64,000 nucleotides of DNA from the NCBI GenBank assembly GCA_964019335.1, contig OZ025673.1, positions 248,001-312,000 of the forward strand. Reading direction: 5' to 3'. Positions 21,010 through 29,286 of the stretch are shown here, in pieces. The translations under genes were made by a program, and so were the position numbers. The stretch is from Diplonema japonicum (Eukaryota; Protista; Euglenozoa: Diplonemea). Each line of letters begins with the position of its first letter. Position 1 is the first letter of the stretch. The notes beneath the pieces were generated by a model. That model was not told the origin of the DNA and searched no databases. It was given only the letters and a program-made list of their open reading frames with translations.

Positions 21010-21041
<32 letters not shown>

Positions 21042-21446
21042 CCTCTCCCCTCTTTTTTTTTTTTTGGTAACCCCTTAAGAGAAAAAAAAATGAACGAAAA
21101 AAAAAAGGGGGAAGGCGAGGAGGAAAACAAAAGACAAGCAAGAAGACAAACTTCTAGGCTGAAATCTTTATATTGAACTTGTCCCCCCCCCTTCCCCCCC
21201 TCCTTTAAGATTTCTTTATGGAGGTGGGGGAGAAAATAAAGCCTTTTCTTGGTTTCTTTACCCCTCGCATCTGTATTTTTCTTGTTCTTTTTTCAATTTT
21301 CGTTTTTTTGTGGTTTCCCCCCTCACTTTTATTTGATCGTCTTTACCTCTCCCTCTACCAATAAGAAAAAAAGAAACACTAAAAAAAAAAACAAAAAAAA
21401 AACCTTAAATAAAAAGAGAGGATGGGGGCAAAGTAAAAACACAAAA

Positions 21447-21483
<37 letters not shown>

Positions 21484-21615
21484 CCAAAACATTTTTTTTA
21501 AAATATCTTTTCTTCAGTTTATAAGAAAAATCCGCAGAAAACTGAACAGTAATTCCATACACTTTTTTTTTCCTTCCTCCCCCCTTTCCATTCCCCCCCC
21601 CCCCCCCCCCCCCTT

Positions 21616-22659
21616 TTATTCTTTCCCGTCCTCCTCGGGTTTTCTGATGATGGCTGTTGTGGGCCAAATTCTGACCATCCCATCTTCAGATCCGGAAGCA
21701 AAGGTCTGAGAATCCGGAGAATAGCGCAGGTGGAAAACCTGTAGGAATTTTTTTTTATATTTTCTTCTTCTTTTCTTTTTTTTTTTTCCATACAGGCCCG
21801 TGGTGTCCCTTGTGGCTCTCCTGCTCCTCACCATTCGCAATGTCATATTCCTTTGCCTTTAATTTGCACCCGACAGCAAAATGCTTGTAGTCTGGGGAGA
21901 TATCCGCACAGTCCGCCTCCTCCTTAACCTGATATTCCCGCACGACACCAAGGTCGTCAGGCTTGAGAAGGCTGACAGTCTTGCCAGCGGAGACAACGAG
22001 AAGCCTTTTTTTTTTTTTTCTTTTTTTTTTTTTTCTTCTCTTCCCACACACCTGTTCGCCCTTGAATACTCGACTGAGTTCAACTGGTCCATCTTAAGAG
22101 AGTGCGTTACGTAACCGGTTCGGATGTCCCATTTTTTGATGATATTGTCTGCCGCCGAGGAGAAGACAGTGTTGCTCTCATCACCCCAGAAAACCGCCAT
22201 CTTCTGCTGGTCATCATGCCCCTCCCACTCCATGGCGTCACTGTTGTAGTTCTCTGTGTCGAAAATCCTGATTTTCTTGTCCATGGCGGCAGAGACGATC
22301 TTGGGGTTGGATCTGTGCCAGTCGACGAACTTGACGCAGTGAGGGTGCGTCCAGGACTGCAGGCACTGTCCGTTGACGGCGTCCCACAGCTTCACAGAGT
22401 AGTCACCGGAAGCAGTGGTGATGTGCGTGGCACCATAGTTGAAGCAGGAGCAGAACACAGCGCCCTTGTGCCCGTCGAAGGTTCCAACCCAGTCGCCCGT
22501 TTCGCCGTTTCTCAACATGGGCTTACCATCGTGGCAGCTGCTGACGAACCAATACGTCCCCTCGATAATCCTGCTGTACGCAATGTGCGGGACGGGTCTC
22601 GTGTGCCCCGAACAGACCTTCACCTTCGCGTCTGGGGAGATGGGCGCTTTGCTAGCCAT
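21616..22659 (-). CDS. STRAP: Serine/threonine kinase receptor-associated protein (WD40, unrip), 3 exons
   Basis: CSGHTRPV, SSCHDGKPMLRNGETGDWVGTFDGHKGAV and KGHHGP|VFHLRYSPDSQTFASGSEDGMVRIW. Exons 22659-22052, 22004-21794, 21738-21616; GT-AG introns of 47 and 55 nt. Confidence 0.93.
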
Positions 22660-23145
22660 TTTCTCCTCCCCCTCCCTTTTTTTTTTTTGTAAAAAAAAAA
22701 AAAAAAAAAAAGCCCACAAGTAGCAAATTATTTTTCTGTTTAGTTGTAATATTGGGGTAAATAAGAAAATGAGAGATGGGGGGAGGAGGGTATTTTTTTT
22801 CTTTTTTTAAAAAGTGTAAGGTAAATCAAGGGAGGAAATTATATTATTGAGTAAATGGGAGAAAATAGAGCGCCGTTTACAAAAAAGGGGGTTTGCAGTT
22901 TTCTTTTGAAACCTTTTCTGGTAAGAAGGAGCTCGCATATCATGGGAGAAAGGCGAAGCATGCTTCGGTATCAGAACACCTTTCGTGCAGGAAAAGGAAA
23001 TATAAAAATGTCATTTTCATTTTATTAAAACTGAACAGTAATTCATCAAAGAAAAAAAAAAAAGAAAAAGAGACATTTAAGGGTAAAAAAGGAAGAGTAA
23101 TGTAAGATAGTAAAAGGTAAGATAGCAGCCCTTCGGGGAAGGCCT

Positions 23146-24003
23146 TTAATGCTGCTGCAGAGGCAACACGTTGTGAACATTGCCCTCAGAGCAAAGGACA
23201 CAGAGAAGGTTTGAAGCAATCCTTGCAGCCTCCGGTTCAGACACCCTGACACCTTTGGTGGAGAGGCCTTCAAGCGCACCGCCCACAATATCAACAGCAC
23301 CATTGACGATGAGGAGCCGAAGCTAACTAACTTGGGATCCGACACTTGAATTACTCCTTCCCGGGTTAAAAACCAACAAAAAGAACTGGCGAGCATCAAT
23401 GGTGGCCTGTGCCTGCTGTCTGATGAGCATGGCTGACGCGATCTCAGGTGCATAGTACAAGTCAGACAAGTCAAACACAGTCACGTGTACACCTGCCACC
23501 CTCACACGTTTCCGGAGCTCCAGCACCAGCTCTGTTTTGATCTCATCAGAACACCCCTTCAGCGATGGGGCGGAAGGGTCCCTCGACTCATATGGGTACT
23601 TTGATACAACAGATTTCAGAACAACACCAGCGTTCACCTTCACGTACTCATGCACGTCCTCCCGTTGAAGAATGCCTTGATGGGGTCCTCGATGTGGTAG
23701 TTCACGATGGCGTGCTGTTCCCTGTGTCCATTGTCACGTACTTCGTGCTGATGGTGTGGAAGTTGCACCCCCACGGTACAATGATATGGCACCCGGGGTG
23801 TCGATCACCTTCCACAGCTTTCCGAAGCACATCACCAGCAGCGCCTCCTTCGGCTTCACCGTGTTCTACACCATTAATATCGTGAACGGCAATAAGAGCA
23901 ACCCGAGGAGGTGGCGCAGCACATGCATGTAGAAAGGGACCTCCTCAATGGGCGTATTGGCGGGATCGCCCTGCTCAAGGTCGAATTTTGCAACGTGTGA
24001 CAT
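23146..24003 (-). pseudogene. SPFH/band-7 pseudogene (tandem duplicate of 24864-25685)
   Basis: Near-identical 3' half, including the first ~35 bp past the stop. Lesions: in-frame TAG near 23866, a 1-nt deletion near 23795, a ~36-bp deletion near 23711, and a 72-bp insertion at 23315-23386. Confidence 0.9.
23315..23386 (+). mobile_element. 72-bp insertion, possibly a tRNA-derived SINE-like fragment
   Basis: Absent from the intact paralog (GATGAGG^TGGCGAGC). Loose resemblance to tRNA A/B boxes plus an A-rich tail. Confidence 0.45.
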
Positions 24004-24010
24004 GTTTTCT

Positions 24011-24043
<33 letters not shown>

Positions 24044-24863
24044 CCTGCTGCGGTGGGCTGGACACGTCTACTATTCAACAAAGGGGGAAAGAAAGAAAGG
24101 CTAAACAGTCTAAGGTTCGCGTCTTAGCGCCCACTAGCTTGTCCTGCGGCTGCACACGGCCCTTCAAGGTGCTCATCTGCTCTGCTAGAATACGTCACGT
24201 GCCAGTGATTGTCGGGAGTTCATCTGCTGGAAAGACCTTCTTCTTCGGTGGACTCCTGATTCCTTCGCAGAATGCCAGTGTCGCACGCTAGCCTTGAAGA
24301 AGGAGGTCACATAAAATTGGGGGAAAGAAGGATTAAACAAGAAAAAAAAGAATCTTTTAAGGCAGTTGCACGACACTTTGTAAGCATGCCTTTCGTCACA
24401 CGAATTATTTTCGTTCTGTCCAATTTTTACGTTAGTAACTATAACAAAAAGACTTTTTTAAAAAAAATCTTTTACAAAGACCAGCCAAGAGTCAACGCCA
24501 CGTGCGTGTAAGCTGTATAATTATGATATTATCACATCATTCGGGCGCTTGGCGCCTTATCACTTTTTTTGCATTCCTGGTTTTAAACAGCCTACGCTAC
24601 TCAAGCATCACATTCACAAGCGGGGTGTCGCCACACACCCTAGCTGCTAACAATCACCAACGAGCCTACCGGTCACAAGTGGTGGGGTATCCGTTGGGCA
24701 AACGTGCCGCCCGCCTTTAAAGAAAAAGGGAAATGCAAGGAACAAGGTTAGAAAGAACCAAAAGCATTGTGCGTTACTACTCGGTGCTGCAAAAGCCAAA
24801 CAAAATAATGGGAGCGGTGGTGAGGTCAAAGGTAAGATAGCATAAGCCCTTCGGGGAAGGCCT

Positions 24864-25685
24864 TTAATGCTGCTGCAGAGGCAACACGTTGTGAACATTG
24901 CCCTCAGAGCAAAGGACACAGAGAAGGTTTGAAGCAATCCTTGCAGCCTCCGGTTCAGACACCCTGACACCTTTGGTGGAGAGGCCTTCAAGCGCACCGC
25001 CCACAATATCAACAGCACCATTGACGATGAGGTGGCGAGCATCAATGGTGGCCTGTGCCTGCTGTCTGATGAGCATGGCTGACGCGATCTCAGGTGCATA
25101 GTACAAGTCAGACAAGTCAAACACAGTCACGTGTACACCTGCCACCCTCACACGTTTCCGGAGCTCCAGCACCAGCTCTGTTTTGATCTCATCAGAACAC
25201 CCCTTCAGCGATGGGGCGGAAGGGTCCCTCGACTCATACGGGTACTTTGAAACAACAGATTTCAGAACAACACCAGCGTTCACCTTCACGTACTCATGCA
25301 CAAACTCCACGTTGAAGAATGCCTTGATGGGGTCCTCGATGTGGTAGTTCACGATGGCCCCCACGATCACAGGGTTCCCGTTCAAGTCCGAGATGGTGCT
25401 GTTCCCTGTGTCCATTGTCACGTACTTCGTGCTGATGGTGTGGAAGCTGCACCCCCACGGTACAATGATATGGCACCCGGGGGAGTAGATAACTTTCCAC
25501 AGCTTTCCGAAGCACATCACCAACAGCGCCTCCTTCGGCTTCACTGTTTTCCACATCAGGAATATCGTGAACGGAAACAAGAGCAACCCGAGGAAGTGGC
25601 GCAGCAAATGCATGTAGCAAGGGACCTCCTCAATGGGCGTGTCGGCGGGATCGCCCTGCTCAAGGTCGGTGAACTTTTGTGCCAT
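24864..25685 (-). CDS. SPFH domain / band 7 (stomatin-like) protein
   Basis: N-terminal hydrophobic segment, FGKLWKVIYSPG, DLNGNPVIVGAIVNYHI, LSDLYYAPEIASAMLIRQQAQATIDAR; ATG at 25685. Confidence 0.9.
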   Translation of the reverse strand: MAQKFTDLEQGDPADTPIEEVPCYMHLLRHFLGLLLFPFTIFLMWKTVKPKEALLVMCFGKLWKVIYSPGCHIIVPWGCSFHTISTKYVTMDTGNSTISDLNGNPVIVGAIVNYHIEDPIKAFFNVEFVHEYVKVNAGVVLKSVVSKYPYESRDPSAPSLKGCSDEIKTELVLELRKRVRVAGVHVTVFDLSDLYYAPEIASAMLIRQQAQATIDARHLIVNGAVDIVGGALEGLSTKGVRVSEPEAARIASNLLCVLCSEGNVHNVLPLQQH

Positions 25686-25758
25686 GTTGTTTTTTGTTGG
25701 TATCCTTTTTGCAGTATGATGAGGTTGAGGGAAAAAAATATACATTCAACAGGGGAAA

Positions 25759-26760
25759 TCAAACTGCCCACTGTATAGACAGCAGGCGCGGAAGAAGAGC
25801 AGCATAAGCCGAAACAACAGCAACGGCAGTGGCTACGACACCAAAGTAGCTGAAGACATCTTGAAGGGAGGTGTGAAAAGTCTTTTTAGGAAGGGCCTCT
25901 TGGATGAGCGCCCGTATGTGAGGATGCGTGATGAAGTCAAGTGTGGTTTTCTTGTAACGGGTGACTGCAGTGGGGTCGGCACCATGCGCAAGCAGGCACC
26001 TTGTGGTATCAACTTGAGACAGCCTGCACGCCAGCATCAAGGGAGTGGTCCCGAACAAGGAGGGTATGTTGGGGTCGCACTGCAGGCTGAGGATCTCTTC
26101 GACGAGATCGGCACGCGACCGCTCTACGAAATGGAACAACGCCGTCTTCCCGTTCCTGTCACGCAGGTCCAGATCAGCGCCTAAGCTATGCAGCAGCGCA
26201 GCCCGGCCTGCTTCAGATGTCTCCATCAATTGTGTCACGCCGAGTGTCTCTTCCTTTTTGTTGAAGTCGCACCCCAGGCTTGATAGTGCGGTGACCTGTT
26301 CTGCTGACAGCTGGTTGACTGCTTGGCAGGGCAGGATGGTGGACACGTCTACCCCTTCCTGTGAGAGTATTGTGAGCGCCCATGTGTTCCAAGCCTCAAT
26401 GCACTGCAACAGGATTCTTTCCCCGACGAGACCTTTCCGTGCGGCGTACCTCACGACCCCTGCCCGCATCTCGGCGATAGCTGTGTTGAGGTCGGCTTCT
26501 ACATCATCACTCGTGTCCAAGAGCATGCGCCCCTCTACTGTCTCGTCCACCACTGCAACCACTCTGCAGCCGCATACCATTTGGCTCACTTCAGACAAGG
26601 GTCCTTCTCTTAGCTCCTCGCCATCCTCCATCACCAGATGCATAAACTCTCTCTCTATTCCCAACACCTCGCTTGCAGCCTGTATCAAATCATCTACCTC
26701 CCATTCTGCATGCACCTCGACGGCCTCAATTTTGTCCACGTGCTGTATGTGCACCTCCAT
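25759..26760 (-). CDS. Ankyrin-repeat protein with ubiquitin-like N-terminus and C-terminal TM segment
   Basis: GADLDLRDRNGKTALFH, GTTPLMLAC, LLAHGADP; Ubl-like first ~70 aa; hydrophobic tail. Confidence 0.85.
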   Translation of the reverse strand: MEVHIQHVDKIEAVEVHAEWEVDDLIQAASEVLGIEREFMHLVMEDGEELREGPLSEVSQMVCGCRVVAVVDETVEGRMLLDTSDDVEADLNTAIAEMRAGVVRYAARKGLVGERILLQCIEAWNTWALTILSQEGVDVSTILPCQAVNQLSAEQVTALSSLGCDFNKKEETLGVTQLMETSEAGRAALLHSLGADLDLRDRNGKTALFHFVERSRADLVEEILSLQCDPNIPSLFGTTPLMLACRLSQVDTTRCLLAHGADPTAVTRYKKTTLDFITHPHIRALIQEALPKKTFHTSLQDVFSYFGVVATAVAVVSAYAALLPRLLSIQWAV

Positions 26761-26827
26761 TGCTGTGGGTCGTGTATGAGATGGGCATTCCTTAGCAAGA
26801 TTCGCAAAAAAAGAAGCAGAGCAAACC

Positions 26828-28729
26828 CTATGACAATAGGTTTTTACGCAACGTGCGTGCGGGAAGCATTGAGGACGACGGTCTGTGTTTCCTCTTCGAC
26901 TGCTTGAACATTGGAAGGTTCAGCGTCAGCAGCTTCGCCGTTGACATCGGCTGCTTCACGTTACTCGTTATCATCGCTAGTTGCAGGCTACCAAGAACGT
27001 GCCGTTCAGTGATCTTGCTCGCTGCAGGTGTACCCGTCTCCATCCCCCCTATGCTTAAGTCGTCCTTCAAGGAGCTTGTCGGAAGCACGTCTTCTATCTT
27101 TGCGGACTGTCCCTTCTTTCTACGCCAGTTCTTGGAGCCTCCCATTTTTTCGTTAACTTGCTGCAGTGACATGATCAGGTGCCCCTTCACACGGGGGGAA
27201 CACCTTTGCAGCTGCGTCGTTGCCTGCCTGACCAAGGGCGCTGCAATATGATCCCCATCTTGCAGCTCCGTCATGGACATGTGACAGACCTTGACCATGG
27301 TTTCCCATTTCTCTGCACGCAATGCTCGTATGCGTTCCAGGCGTTCCTGGAGGTTGTTTAAGCGGCTTTTGTCCTCTGCGATCATACGACCGACGCCGGT
27401 TAGGTTTGGCTTGCCATGGACTGGAACCTGTACCTTTATAACCTGCTTGGGGAGGGATACTCGTGCCCGTACGAGGCGGGATGAGAACTCCAGCAGCTCG
27501 ACAGCCCTGTCGGATTGTGCAAGGGACTCCCTGAGCACCATGCCGTACTGCTGGTCTAGCTGCTGCATCTGATCACACAGTAAAAGGATTGACTCCTTCT
27601 TTCCCTTGTCAGTGCTGTTGGCGCTGAGGAAGAGTCCCACCTCGCGGAGAGCGTGGCCTGCCTCCTCTTCGTTCTTGCTGGCCCGCTGCAGTTCCAAGAG
27701 GTGTTTCTGCTCTTCCAACTCTTGCTCGAGGTTAGACTGTACATCTGAAACCTTCTGCATCTCATATTGCAGGCTCTTGACACGATGGTCAAGTGCACGA
27801 TTGGCATCCAAAATCTCCGAGAGGCACACAGTACTGTTAATGAGCAAGATGCACGCCTTGTAGTGCCCGGTGTCGGTGTCGGTAAGGGAAGTGATATGCG
27901 AAGACGTTTCAAGCTGGTTGAAGTCTTCAAGAACTTTGCGCTCGAAGTGCAGCTGCACCAAAGGGTTGTCCGTTCTGGGGGCTTGGAGTCCACCAGTGGC
28001 TTCTTTGAGAAGCTCGGTCCACTCATCAGGGACCTGTAGACTGTCCATAAAAGGCTTCGAAAACCCAAGCGGCACTACCATGTCCTGCATACACTTGATA
28101 TACCTCCACATGGTACGCCCTGCTGTTTTGAGCCTGTCTTGGTAAACGTGAAGGTTTGTCTGCAACGACTCGATATCACGGGCTGCGGTTGATTCGTGCT
28201 CCTCACGGACAGAGGCGACAATGGAGTGCATGGATACTTCCAACTCCCCGAAGGACTTGGGGATTGCTTTGGAAAGCTTTGTTACAGCACGTGCTGCGGT
28301 GGAGTGAGACTTCTTTAGATCGCGAAGAAGGGACCTTACAGGGTCAAGTTTCGACAGAGGGAACGTGGTGCTCCTGATTTCGTTTATCCGGTTTCGTAGA
28401 GCGTAGACCTCCTCGGATAGCTGCTGGTGCTTCTCCTTAGAAGATGCTGAGAAACCGAATTGGCAATCAATAATGTTGAAAAGGTGTCTTGCATGGTCTT
28501 CTAAGGATAGGACTCCCTCCATTGGGCACCCTACCTTCTCCAATACCATTTTCATGATCTTTAAGTTCAGCTCCCCGCATTTTCTGTAGTCTACAGGCTC
28601 CTTGGACCGAGGCCAATACCCCCACGATGAGCAGCCCGGAAATGCGGCCCTCAAATCCTCGAATTCAAACGGATTTTCCCAGTTGTACTCATCCTTCCAC
28701 AGAGCCTTCGTGACATCGTCCGCCTCCAT
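26828..28729 (-). CDS. Hypothetical coiled-coil protein (633 aa)
   Basis: Long ORF with heptad-rich segments; no recognisable family. Confidence 0.8.
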   Translation of the reverse strand: MEADDVTKALWKDEYNWENPFEFEDLRAAFPGCSSWGYWPRSKEPVDYRKCGELNLKIMKMVLEKVGCPMEGVLSLEDHARHLFNIIDCQFGFSASSKEKHQQLSEEVYALRNRINEIRSTTFPLSKLDPVRSLLRDLKKSHSTAARAVTKLSKAIPKSFGELEVSMHSIVASVREEHESTAARDIESLQTNLHVYQDRLKTAGRTMWRYIKCMQDMVVPLGFSKPFMDSLQVPDEWTELLKEATGGLQAPRTDNPLVQLHFERKVLEDFNQLETSSHITSLTDTDTGHYKACILLINSTVCLSEILDANRALDHRVKSLQYEMQKVSDVQSNLEQELEEQKHLLELQRASKNEEEAGHALREVGLFLSANSTDKGKKESILLLCDQMQQLDQQYGMVLRESLAQSDRAVELLEFSSRLVRARVSLPKQVIKVQVPVHGKPNLTGVGRMIAEDKSRLNNLQERLERIRALRAEKWETMVKVCHMSMTELQDGDHIAAPLVRQATTQLQRCSPRVKGHLIMSLQQVNEKMGGSKNWRRKKGQSAKIEDVLPTSSLKDDLSIGGMETGTPAASKITERHVLGSLQLAMITSNVKQPMSTAKLLTLNLPMFKQSKRKHRPSSSMLPARTLRKNLLS

Positions 28730-29286
28730 CGCATGGTTGCTCCTTTATAAAAAAAACCCTGTTTTATTTATTTTTTTTTCTTTTATAAACAACACGCAAA
28801 AGGGTTGAAATGGGGGCGATAGACAGAAGGGAGAGAGAAGGGAGGAGAGAGGGCGGATTATTTTTTTTTTTCACAAATACAAAAAAAAAAAAAAAAACAA
28901 AAAAAAAAACGACAATGTGGAGAAATTGTTAGTTCTTCTCTGGAGTCAAAAAAAAAACAAGGGGGGGAGGGAATGAAAGCAATTCAAAAAGCATTTTTTT
29001 TTGTCCATCTCCAGACGAGAAAAAAATGCCTCCGTGCCAACAAAGAACAAAACAAAAAAAAAGAACATGTTCTTTCTTTTTTTCTTTTCTATTTCTTTTT
29101 TTTTTTTGCCTAAAGAAAATCTCAAAATCTTCTTTTCTTTTCTCTTTTTTTTTTTTTTTTTTTGCTAAAATAATTTTTCTATGACTCCATATAATACAAA
29201 CGAAGGGGGTTGGATGTATAAATAATTAATCAACACACTTTGAACAAAAAAAAAAAAGTCTATTGCAAGCTAGTCCCTTATTTTCT

